From a virus (taxonomy: Duplodnaviria > Caudoviricetes), in IMG/VR virus record IMGVR_UViG_3300020043_003642, positions 1 to 44,457 of that record: a stretch of DNA of 44,457 nucleotides; one strand, written 5' to 3'. The notes under the pieces were generated by a model that was not told the DNA's origin, made no database searches, and worked only from the letters and a program-made list of their open reading frames with translations. This document shows positions 16,045 through 24,348 of this stretch, piece by piece. The translations under genes were made by a program, and so were the position numbers. How positions within the stretch are numbered: position 1 is the stretch's first letter; each line of letters begins with the position of its first letter.

Positions 16045-18108
16045 ATGCTGTTCGCTAAAGTGACCGCCATAGACTACGAGACTTTACCGATTAGCAACAA
16101 GTTCCCCTACCCTAAACCTATATGCCTTTCTTACAGCGGGTCACGAGGCGAAGGTATAGTGGTAGGGCTCTCTTCTATAGAGCAGTTCCTCAAGGAGTTG
16201 CTATCTGAAAAAGACCACCTCATAGTAGCACACAACGTTAAGTTCGAAACCATAGTTACAGAAGAATGGTTCCCTGAACTACGTAAACTACTATGGGATT
16301 CCCTCTACGCTAAAAGGTGGTTCTGCACAGTTCTATACCAGCAGCTAATCAATAACGTATCTAAAACTAAGATAGAGAAGAAAGACTTAGCTAACCTGGT
16401 TAACATCTATTTCAAGGAAGACATCAGTGAAACTAAAAGCAATAAGGTATTCTCTTGGAGGCTCAAGTACCACATCTTGGAAGATGTTCCAGTTGACATG
16501 TGGCCACAGCCTGCTATAGACTATTCGTTAAACGACTCTATATGGGCGCTGAAGCTCTATAAAAAGTATATGGAGATAGACTCTAAGCTTCTATACAGCG
16601 ACCATGTCCTGTCGGAGTTTACGTTAAACTTAATGGGTAGTACTGGGATGTTGGTTGCCAAGGATAGAGTGGAGCTTTTAGAGAAAGAACTATTAGACTT
16701 TTTAAATCCTAATTACGAGAGGTTAATATCAAATGGCTACGCCAGCAGGCACAAGAAGACAGGGAAGATTAAGAAACAAACCGGAAAGCTACGGTCTTAT
16801 ATTAAAGAGAACATCCCCGAGGTCAAGATCTCACCTAAAGGTACCGTCGAAACAAAAGATGAGGCTATGGAGTTTTATCTTAGCCAAGCTCCAGAGGATG
16901 AGATTCTTAAGACGTTTAAGGACATAGGTGAATATGAGAAAGCTTACACAGCTTTTGTATCTAGGCTCCTTGAAGCTGATCCAATTATTCGTACCGATTA
17001 TAACGCTATCGTTAGTTCTGGTAGGTCTTCTGCTAGGACTACTAAACTATATCCTAGTCTCAACATACAACAGATGCCAAGAGAACTTTCGGGAGTAACT
17101 TGGGATATCAGGAACTGCTTTGTAGCACCTGAAGGCTTTAAGATCTGCTCTATAGACTACTCAGCCTTGGAGTTAATGTCCACTGCCACACAGCTAAAGA
17201 AGGTAGTAGGCTACTCTAAGATGGCTGAGAAGTTAAACATGGGAGATAAACCTACAGACTTACACTCAGTGCTAGGTGCCAAGCTAATGTCTATGAAGTC
17301 AGGCAGAACAGTTACGTACGAAGAGTTTAAATCTAGGAAGAAGGAAAAGGAGTTCGAGAAGATTCGTAAAGTAGCTAAGGTAGTAGGTCTAGGTAAGCCA
17401 GGCGGGATTGGGCGAGATGTCATGAGGACTCAGATGGCATTAGAGGGAATATTCCCTAAGTACAAGGAGCTACACTATGCCGACAACCCTCACGAGATAG
17501 ACCAGCTAGTCATAGCATATAGAGCTAAGTACCCTAATATCAGGAACAAAAGGGTAGCTAGAGATAAGTGGGCACTAGTTTACGATGAGGTAGTAGAGTT
17601 CGATAGAGGGCTGCAAGACTTGTACCCAGAGCTAAGGAAGTTCTTAAGGGAGTACCACGAGAAATACATGACAGGTGAAGTTAAGAAGGTTAAAAATGAT
17701 TTCGATGAGTGGGAAGATGAGCCAGTATACAGGTATAATGCTTTTGGTTCTGTTAGGGATTGGTGTACATATACCGAGTTCTGTAACGGTTTTCTTATGC
17801 AATCTCCTGGTGCTGTCGGAGCCAAGCGTGCAGTTAACTGGTTTGTTGAGAAGTATTACAGACACAAAGATGTAGTACCACTAGCCTTTATCCATGATGA
17901 GATACTTTTCTACGTCAGGGACGACGAGAACATGTGGAACTACATTGAAGATGTAGCTAGTATTATGTGTAAAGCTATGGCCTTAACACTTTCTTCTGTG
18001 AGAATTACACTAGAAGCATCGACAATGGACTACTGGTCAAAGTCTAAGACGTTAGAAGACAGGACTTACTTCTTAAATGTAGGGGCGAAAGAAATACTTA
18101 GAGCTTGA
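16045..18108 (+). CDS. family A DNA polymerase with 3'-5' exonuclease domain
   Basis: AIDYET, AHNVKFE, YSLND; SGRSS, NIQQMPR, motif A IDYSALEL, motif B RKVAKVVGLGKPGG, motif C FIHDEI. Confidence 0.95.
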   Translation: MLFAKVTAIDYETLPISNKFPYPKPICLSYSGSRGEGIVVGLSSIEQFLKELLSEKDHLIVAHNVKFETIVTEEWFPELRKLLWDSLYAKRWFCTVLYQQLINNVSKTKIEKKDLANLVNIYFKEDISETKSNKVFSWRLKYHILEDVPVDMWPQPAIDYSLNDSIWALKLYKKYMEIDSKLLYSDHVLSEFTLNLMGSTGMLVAKDRVELLEKELLDFLNPNYERLISNGYASRHKKTGKIKKQTGKLRSYIKENIPEVKISPKGTVETKDEAMEFYLSQAPEDEILKTFKDIGEYEKAYTAFVSRLLEADPIIRTDYNAIVSSGRSSARTTKLYPSLNIQQMPRELSGVTWDIRNCFVAPEGFKICSIDYSALELMSTATQLKKVVGYSKMAEKLNMGDKPTDLHSVLGAKLMSMKSGRTVTYEEFKSRKKEKEFEKIRKVAKVVGLGKPGGIGRDVMRTQMALEGIFPKYKELHYADNPHEIDQLVIAYRAKYPNIRNKRVARDKWALVYDEVVEFDRGLQDLYPELRKFLREYHEKYMTGEVKKVKNDFDEWEDEPVYRYNAFGSVRDWCTYTEFCNGFLMQSPGAVGAKRAVNWFVEKYYRHKDVVPLAFIHDEILFYVRDDENMWNYIEDVASIMCKAMALTLSSVRITLEASTMDYWSKSKTLEDRTYFLNVGAKEILRA

Positions 18109-18166
18109 ATGTGTCACAGATTGAGAGTATAATGACAACAGTTCGACAAGATGTAGAGGGTAATAT

Positions 18167-18382
18167 ATGGCAGCACATCCTGACGGCGAAGGTAGATATA
18201 TAGTAATGGCAGAGATGCCTAATGGTAAGATCTACAAGAGTACGTACGACGACTACGCAGAATCCTTCAATAAGTACCAAGCTATACGAGACTTTAAAAA
18301 CGCTTATTGGTATGACACTGAAGAGCAAGAAGGTTTATATTGTACGTTTAACGGTAAATTTTTAGAGAACGGGGTAATGTAA
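18167..18382 (+). CDS. hypothetical protein
   Basis: AGAGGG RBS. Confidence 0.6.
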   Translation: MAAHPDGEGRYIVMAEMPNGKIYKSTYDDYAESFNKYQAIRDFKNAYWYDTEEQEGLYCTFNGKFLENGVM

Positions 18383-18383
18383 A

Positions 18384-18845
18384 ATGAAAAGGTATAATCC
18401 TATAAACGGCAAGATCGACCACCGACCGATAGGGACAGCAAGTTTTAAATATGATTTAGATTTAGAACTAAAAGCAGCATTTCCTAAATTAAAAGTAGTA
18501 GATGGTATCCCAGAGGAAGCCCCGTTGTTAGACATTAACCAAAAGGAAGAAACTAAGTTTACTTCGTTTATTGTAACATATAACCCGTTTGTAGAAATAC
18601 CTAATATTAGAACAGGTGACTTAGCTAAACATATACACCATGAGTTTCAAGATTTAGATGGAGAAGAGTGTAGGCTAATCTACAGGCAATACCCTACTAA
18701 CTTAGGTGAAGGAGGCATGGTTCCCGAAGGACACAGTATGTACAGGAAGGCTATATTTATGAGATTAGTAATAGTTTCTGAGGAAGTATATCAAAAGTAT
18801 CTGTTAAATAAAAGCGAGGGTAAACATGAAGAAGCAAGTAGGTAA
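18384..18845 (+). CDS. hypothetical protein
   Basis: 153 aa coupled ORF. Confidence 0.65.
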   Translation: MKRYNPINGKIDHRPIGTASFKYDLDLELKAAFPKLKVVDGIPEEAPLLDINQKEETKFTSFIVTYNPFVEIPNIRTGDLAKHIHHEFQDLDGEECRLIYRQYPTNLGEGGMVPEGHSMYRKAIFMRLVIVSEEVYQKYLLNKSEGKHEEASR

Positions 18846-18921
18846 AAACAAAGTGGTAGTTGTGCTAGTAATGCTAGCAGCAGCTGTGTTCGTAGCTAAG
18901 ATGTTAGGTTTCCTACCGTAA
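18826..18921 (+). CDS. small membrane peptide, 31 aa (not in ORF track)
   Basis: GAGGG RBS, MKKQVGKNKVVVVLVMLAAAVFVAKMLGFLP. Confidence 0.6.
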   Translation: MKKQVGKNKVVVVLVMLAAAVFVAKMLGFLP

Positions 18922-18958
18922 GGTAGGACAAAGGTCTCTTGTGACAAGAGGTAAACGT

Positions 18959-19120
18959 ATGAGCTATAACCAACATGATGATGATGATGATGTTGTTATA
19001 GAGAAAGAATTTTATTCACACGCATGGTTCATAGATGTAGATAAACCAGTTAGATATTACATAATAGATTATTTAAACGGCGGCAAGAAAATATATCTTG
19101 ATGAACAGGGGCTTATTTAA
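18959..19120 (+). CDS. hypothetical protein, 53 aa (not in ORF track)
   Basis: GAGGT RBS, MSYNQHDDDDDVVIEKEF... Confidence 0.55.
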   Translation: MSYNQHDDDDDVVIEKEFYSHAWFIDVDKPVRYYIIDYLNGGKKIYLDEQGLI

Positions 19121-19244
19121 TACGGAACTATCATTTCGTATATTAGCAGTAGTAGTATCAGCAACAGTATCGCTCATACTGTCTAGCTTGATCTACACTT
19201 ACGTGGGCCTACACTTATTAAGAGTACTAGGTGTGGAGGTTTAA
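19101..19244 (+). CDS. small membrane protein, 47 aa (not in ORF track)
   Basis: MNRGLFNTELSFRILAVVVSATVSLILSSLIY...; fills gap exactly, weak RBS. Confidence 0.4.
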   Translation: MNRGLFNTELSFRILAVVVSATVSLILSSLIYTYVGLHLLRVLGVEV

Positions 19245-19529
19245 ATGCCAGGCTGTGGAGTACACCCAGATTGGGAACCGATAATAAGCAAAAACAGTTC
19301 ATACAGAGAAAATGAGAGGAAAAACAATATGAGTTATAATCAACAAGACGACGCATATAGACAGTTATTAATCGTTAAACAGTCTAGCCTTAAGGTAGCT
19401 GCTGACCTAGTCATGGCAGGTAAAGCTGACGAGCTCCCTAAAGTACTAGAGATGGCAGCTGAAATTACCGAGAGACTCTTAGCTCGTAAGAAGGATCCCA
19501 GTAAGGACTTAGGGACTACAGCTAAATGA
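19245..19529 (+). CDS. hypothetical protein (alternative start 19329)
   Basis: RBS-like sequences before both ATG 19245 and ATG 19329; RQLLIVKQSSL motif. Confidence 0.6.
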   Translation: MPGCGVHPDWEPIISKNSSYRENERKNNMSYNQQDDAYRQLLIVKQSSLKVAADLVMAGKADELPKVLEMAAEITERLLARKKDPSKDLGTTAK

Positions 19530-20134
19530 TAGTTTATAATATGCCTCAAAGGAGTCCTGAATGGTATAAAATCCGTTCGGGAATCATCACCGCGAGCGCA
19601 GCGAGGAATGTCCTTACCCCCAGTCTTAGAAATGAGTATATGTACAAGCTCATCTCTGAGATACTGACGGGCCAATCTGAAGTAATTGAAACTAACCAAC
19701 ACATGCAGTGGGGTATAGAGTATGAAGAAGAAGCGAGACAGTGGTATATCGAAAAGACTGGTAACCAAGTTGAAGAGATTGGATTTGCCATATCCGACTT
19801 TAATGCTGGCATTGGCTGTAGTCCAGACGGGCTTGTTGGTGATGGTGGTCTTATCGAAATAAAATGTCCGATGTCCAAGACTCACATTAAGTATGTGATG
19901 ACTGGCCCTAAGACTGAGTACGTACAACAGATGCAGTTCCAGATGCTAGTCACTGGACGCAAGTGGTGCGACTTCGTTACGTACGATCCTAGGATGCCTG
20001 AGAGTGCTAAAGGTGCTATACATAGAATAGATAGGGACGAGCAGATGCTCTGGAAGATGGTGTCTTGCCTCACTAAGATGCAAAAGACTATGAAAGAGTT
20101 TCTAGCTGAACATGGTGTAGAGTATAACTACTAA
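19526..20134 (+). CDS. YqaJ/lambda-exonuclease family recombination nuclease
   Basis: QRSPEWY..R.G.ITAS, WGIEYE, SPDGL, EIKCP, QMQFQM. Confidence 0.92.
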   Translation: MIVYNMPQRSPEWYKIRSGIITASAARNVLTPSLRNEYMYKLISEILTGQSEVIETNQHMQWGIEYEEEARQWYIEKTGNQVEEIGFAISDFNAGIGCSPDGLVGDGGLIEIKCPMSKTHIKYVMTGPKTEYVQQMQFQMLVTGRKWCDFVTYDPRMPESAKGAIHRIDRDEQMLWKMVSCLTKMQKTMKEFLAEHGVEYNY

Positions 20135-20151
20135 AACTTAAGGGTATACTT

Positions 20152-20595
20152 ATGCGAAGAAAAAGTACTGAAAGGGAAGTAGGGTTGAAATATGGATTCA
20201 GGTCTGGCTTAGAGGAAAGAGTAGCAGCCTCGTTTGTAGATGCAGGATATAGTTTCACATTCGAAGAGAAGACTATAGAGTTCACCCAACCTGCTAAGAA
20301 GAGGAAATACACCCCAGACTTCGTGCTAAGTAAGCTAGATGGAGGTGAGATGGTAGTTGAGACTAAAGGCCGTTTCGTACAACAAGACAGGCTTAAGATA
20401 GAGATGGTACTTAAAGAACACCCAGACTTAGACTTAAGGATCTTGTTCTCTAACGCTAAGGCTAAGCTATCTAAGACCTCTAAGACTACGTATGGGGACT
20501 GGTGCGATAAGCGAGGGATTAAGTGGGCACACAAGGAAATGCCAGAGAGTTGGGCTAACGAACTAATGTTAACAGATAAGGGCAACAAGAAATGA
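20152..20595 (+). CDS. T7 gp3-like endonuclease I (Holliday junction resolvase)
   Basis: FRSGLE, YTPDF, ETKGRF, HPDLDLRILF, SKTTYGDWC. Confidence 0.92.
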   Translation: MRRKSTEREVGLKYGFRSGLEERVAASFVDAGYSFTFEEKTIEFTQPAKKRKYTPDFVLSKLDGGEMVVETKGRFVQQDRLKIEMVLKEHPDLDLRILFSNAKAKLSKTSKTTYGDWCDKRGIKWAHKEMPESWANELMLTDKGNKK

Positions 20596-21251
20596 TATTA
20601 GATAAAATATTAAAGAAGCTGTCTGCTAAGGCTTGTTTTAAAATAGCTATAGGGTTAATCTTATTTGGTTTGTTAATGGAGCACGTACACGCTATCCCTA
20701 AAGAAGAGCCAGATACTATTACCTTTTCTAGAAGACCTTTAGAGGCCGTCAGTCTAATTGAAAGCACACCTCGTGTAATTAAACTGAATTCAGCTATCGA
20801 AGGACCTGGAGCTTACGATGATGTTATAGAGATGTTAGCTTCCCTTAATGAGAGAGACGAGGTTATAGTTGAACTAAACTCTCCAGGAGGCTCTGTGTTG
20901 GGCGGTATCCCTTTAGTGAATGCTCTCCTACAAACTAAGGCTCACGTAACCACCAGGATTACCGGAGGAGCTTACAGCATGGCTGCTGTCCTGTTCTGTA
21001 CTGGCGATACTAAGGTGATGGACCTAGGGACTGTCCTTATGTTTCACGACTATTCGGTAAGCGGCTTAACAGGAAAAGGTAACGAACTCGAACAGTTCAC
21101 GTTAAGTCTTACCAGAATGATGAGGGAGATTCTGTCAGGTGCGTGTGGAGAAATCCTTACCCCCACAGATATCGAGAACATACTCTCAGGGAAAGACTTA
21201 TATATCCACCCAGCAGACCTGAAAGGGAGACTGACAAATGGCAGCAATTGA
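20592..21251 (+). CDS. ClpP-fold serine peptidase with signal peptide/TM (paralog 3)
   Basis: LNSPGGSV, AYSMAAVLF (Ser), LMFHDYS (His), GKDLY (Asp); IAIGLILFGLLMEHVHA|IP. Confidence 0.85.
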   Translation: MILDKILKKLSAKACFKIAIGLILFGLLMEHVHAIPKEEPDTITFSRRPLEAVSLIESTPRVIKLNSAIEGPGAYDDVIEMLASLNERDEVIVELNSPGGSVLGGIPLVNALLQTKAHVTTRITGGAYSMAAVLFCTGDTKVMDLGTVLMFHDYSVSGLTGKGNELEQFTLSLTRMMREILSGACGEILTPTDIENILSGKDLYIHPADLKGRLTNGSN

Positions 21252-21996
21252 TGGGTATTTAGATCAAGAGCTTAACGTCTTAATGTTCGACATTGAGACA
21301 GTGCCTGCACTGGTAGCCACTTACCACACGTCGAAGCAGACTATAAGTGAGGACCAGATAATCTCTGACCCATTTATAGCTTCTATACAATATAAGTGGT
21401 TAGATGAAGATAAAGTGCATGTACTCATGGCTGACTTGAAAAAAGCAGACGACAAGGCTATACTTAAAGAGTTCATTAAGGTAGTAGATGGAGCAGATTG
21501 GGTAGTGTACCATAACGGTGATAGCTTTGACTGGCGTTGGGTACAGCAACGAGTAGCTTACCATAGGCTCCCTAGGTTAGCTCCTAAGATGTCTACAGAT
21601 ACTATGAGAGAGTGTAAGAAGCACTTTAAGCTGCTTAAGTATACCCTCAAGTATTGCTGTAAGTATTTTAAGGTGTCTGGGAAGTTAGAGTCTGGTGGTT
21701 TTAAGCAATGGGTAGCTCTGCTACTTAAAGATCAAAGTACTATTAAAGAGTTTAAAGAGTACGGTAAACAGGACGTAGTGAGCTTGCAGGACTTATTCCT
21801 GAGGATATTGCCGTACATCTCTAAGAAGCCTAGCTTGAAGCAAGACCTTAACGACTTCCAATGCGAGTGTGGTTGCACTAATTACACTAAGAATGGTACT
21901 AGGTTGACTGCAGCAGGTGTTAAACAGCAGCAGATCAGATGTAAGAATTGTGCTACAGTTAAGTATGTGACCGCTAGAGGACAGGTAAAACCATGA
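21238..21996 (+). CDS. RNase H-like DEDD 3'-5' exonuclease with C-terminal zinc ribbon
   Basis: FDIET, HNGDSFD, YGKQDV; CECG...CKNC. Confidence 0.85.
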   Translation: MAAIDGYLDQELNVLMFDIETVPALVATYHTSKQTISEDQIISDPFIASIQYKWLDEDKVHVLMADLKKADDKAILKEFIKVVDGADWVVYHNGDSFDWRWVQQRVAYHRLPRLAPKMSTDTMRECKKHFKLLKYTLKYCCKYFKVSGKLESGGFKQWVALLLKDQSTIKEFKEYGKQDVVSLQDLFLRILPYISKKPSLKQDLNDFQCECGCTNYTKNGTRLTAAGVKQQQIRCKNCATVKYVTARGQVKP

Positions 21997-22322
21997 GTAA
22001 TAAGAACGTCGTCGTAGACATATCTAAAAGACGTAAGAATAATAGGAAGCGAGATAATAAGGAAGAAGCGCTCCCTAAGGACATCCTAGTTAACTTACGA
22101 CCTATAGATAAAGGCTTCGACACGTTCGAGTATTGGATAGAAGATGAAAACATATTATGCACTAAGGTAGGTAAAGTAGTCGTCATTAAATGCCTTACAG
22201 CTATCTTGGCTGATATAGCAGACGATGACCCTGAGCTACAAGTACTAGCCTTAGAGTCACTAGAAGATATCATGCGTCTATATGTATTAGGTGGGTGTGG
22301 GGAAGATGATGACTATCAATAA
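21993..22322 (+). CDS. hypothetical protein
   Basis: ATGA coupling, acidic C-terminus. Confidence 0.6.
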   Translation: MSNKNVVVDISKRRKNNRKRDNKEEALPKDILVNLRPIDKGFDTFEYWIEDENILCTKVGKVVVIKCLTAILADIADDDPELQVLALESLEDIMRLYVLGGCGEDDDYQ

Positions 22323-22788
22323 AACTAAGAAAACTTGGGCAGAAATAGTAAACGACATAGAAACCGCAGGACATACTTCTGTAAGTGCTGAGACATTCAG
22401 CCACATTAAAAATCTGTGTGAAGACCCTCCAGGACCTAACGCTAGACTTAGAGAGCTGCTCCAAGGTGATAAGTATAGATACTCACCTAAGATGGAGAAG
22501 GCAAGGTTAGACCTGATACCTCCCTATATTATCTACGCTATGGCTGAAGCTTTTGAAGACGGTGCCTTGAAGCGGTCAGCTCACAACTGGGAGTTAGGTG
22601 AGTCTGCACGGACTTGGAGTATCGGTGAACGTATAGCTGCTATACAAAGACATAGCTTGCAATTACAGATGGGATGTGATATAGCTGAAGATAGTAAGAT
22701 ACACCATGCAGCCCACATAGCAGCGAATGCTGCCATGATATTAGGCGCTTACCTAAAGGGGTACGGAGAAGATGATAGACTGCGATAA
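22306..22788 (+). CDS. dATP/dGTP diphosphohydrolase-domain protein (DUF5664-like) with N-terminal extension
   Basis: KARLDLIP, GALK..HNW..G, AIQRH, DSKIHHAAHIAANA. Confidence 0.8.
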   Translation: MMTINKTKKTWAEIVNDIETAGHTSVSAETFSHIKNLCEDPPGPNARLRELLQGDKYRYSPKMEKARLDLIPPYIIYAMAEAFEDGALKRSAHNWELGESARTWSIGERIAAIQRHSLQLQMGCDIAEDSKIHHAAHIAANAAMILGAYLKGYGEDDRLR

Positions 22789-22945
22789 TTACTGTTTCTG
22801 TATGCAATGTGATGTCACTTGCCCTCAAGCTGGTAGTGGCTGTGGTCGCTGCCTAGACAGGAAAGCAAGGAAGTTATTAGAGTTAGGTGTGCAGCAAGCC
22901 AAAGAGGATAAAGATAATACCGTAATTGAGCCTAAGGGAGATTAA
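22772..22945 (+). CDS. Cys-rich small protein, 57 aa (not in ORF track)
   Basis: GGAG RBS, MIDCDNYCFCMQCDVTCPQAGSGCGRC... Confidence 0.55.
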   Translation: MIDCDNYCFCMQCDVTCPQAGSGCGRCLDRKARKLLELGVQQAKEDKDNTVIEPKGD

Positions 22946-22946
22946 A

Positions 22947-23261
22947 ATGAATAGATGTTGTAGTTGCCAAGAAGATTTACATAAGCTGATAGACGAGATT
23001 GGTACCAGAAAGGATAAGATACCTCAAGGTATATATACTAAAGTATTCAACTCTGTTTTTGGGCCGAACGATAATAGAGGGTTAGCTAACTACTTAGATA
23101 AAGTTTTGGGTTGGGAAGAGGCAAGAATAAAACATTATATGACTACACCTAACCCATCACTCAGAAACTTATCTCCCCACTATATAGAAAAGATGGGGTA
23201 TACTACTATTACTGCGATACATATTGCTGAACTAATTAATAACTTAGACAGGGATATGTGA
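22947..23261 (+). CDS. protein with Xre/MbcA/ParS antitoxin C-terminal-like segment
   Basis: KVLGWEEARIKHYMTTPNPSLRNLSP resembles vFG..e.a..Wl..PN..Lg..tP; GGGAG RBS before ATG 22947. Confidence 0.5.
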   Translation: MNRCCSCQEDLHKLIDEIGTRKDKIPQGIYTKVFNSVFGPNDNRGLANYLDKVLGWEEARIKHYMTTPNPSLRNLSPHYIEKMGYTTITAIHIAELINNLDRDM

Positions 23262-23262
23262 A

Positions 23263-23628
23263 ATGAATATAGATAATATAGACAGGTACGTGTGTACCTC
23301 ACTGGAAGAGATGAGAGCCTCCCTAAAGACTTTAAGACCTCTAGCTGATGGGTCCTATGTACCTAAGCAAGTAGAGGTCGTGAAGAGTACCCTATTCAGT
23401 TTAATAGAGGAAGCTCAGACTTACGTTAACCGTATGGAGAATGCCCTTGAACAGGAAGGTAGGCTTAAGAGTGTCTCTGAAACCATTAGAAAGCTTAAGA
23501 AGGAACGTAAAGAGTTGAAAGCTGAGGTGGTTAAGTTAAAGGGTGAGTTAGACGATTTAGGTGGGAAACAACCCAAGTCAGAATTTACAGAGTTTGATCT
23601 ATACGACGATATGTTCTACGGAGATTGA
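23263..23628 (+). CDS. coiled-coil hypothetical protein
   Basis: heptad pattern, acidic aromatic tail. Confidence 0.65.
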   Translation: MNIDNIDRYVCTSLEEMRASLKTLRPLADGSYVPKQVEVVKSTLFSLIEEAQTYVNRMENALEQEGRLKSVSETIRKLKKERKELKAEVVKLKGELDDLGGKQPKSEFTEFDLYDDMFYGD

Positions 23629-23633
23629 ATAGT

Positions 23634-23957
23634 ATGCCATATATAAGCAAAGACAGAAGGGAACTATTAGAAAGCGCTTTATCGGAATTAAAGCTTGCTA
23701 TATGTGGTCTACGTGCAGCTCCTACGCCTGGAGATATGAACTACGTTATAACTGAGCTGTTGACAGGATACGCTAAGGATAAGGCGATGTCTGACGGCTT
23801 GCTCCCATATAAAGTCATAAATGAAGTTGTAGGCATATTAGAGTGCGCTAAGCTAGAGTTCTATAGGCGTGCAGCTGCTCCTAAAGAAGACCAAGCTATT
23901 AAGGATAACGGGGATATCCCTAGATATATATTAAACTTACCTGTAGATGGAGGGTAA
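23634..23957 (+). CDS. conserved phage protein (DUF6899-like)
   Basis: MPYI..R...GDMNYVIT...NEVVGILECAKLEFYRR..APKED..I..NGD. Confidence 0.7.
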   Translation: MPYISKDRRELLESALSELKLAICGLRAAPTPGDMNYVITELLTGYAKDKAMSDGLLPYKVINEVVGILECAKLEFYRRAAAPKEDQAIKDNGDIPRYILNLPVDGG

Positions 23958-24348
23958 AGATGTGCGTAATGTTAACCTCAACGGCCTAGACAAAGAAGTA
24001 TCTTACTACTTAGCTAGCCCATACAGCCATAAAGATCCTTCAGTTATGGAAGAGAGATACTTAGCTATCGATAACTTCGCAGCTGAGATGTTTAAGCAAG
24101 GCTTCTATAAAGTCCACGAACCTATAGCATCTTGCCACCATAAAGCTAAAAGACACCAACTACCTTCAGGGTATACCTTCTGGCAAAAGCGTGACAGGTG
24201 GCTTATAGATAAGAGTGATGCTGTGTTAGTATTAATGATAGACGGTTGGAAAGAATCTGTTGGTGTTACTGACGAGATATGGTACGCTAAGAGTCTACAC
24301 AAGCCTGTGTATGGGTACGACATTGAGGTAGGAGTTACTGTATTATGA
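23947..24348 (+). CDS. DUF1937 / nucleoside 2-deoxyribosyltransferase-like protein
   Basis: YLASPYSH, PIASCH, W..RD, GWKESVGV..EI..A. Confidence 0.75.
   Translation: MEGKDVRNVNLNGLDKEVSYYLASPYSHKDPSVMEERYLAIDNFAAEMFKQGFYKVHEPIASCHHKAKRHQLPSGYTFWQKRDRWLIDKSDAVLVLMIDGWKESVGVTDEIWYAKSLHKPVYGYDIEVGVTVL

Noticed and set aside
18976-18993. (GAT)n microsatellite
   Set aside because: Short in-frame poly-Asp codons; no evidence of phase variation
19340-20767. Minus-strand ORFs up to 195 aa over the exonuclease/endonuclease genes
   Set aside because: Shadows of strongly motif-supported plus-strand genes
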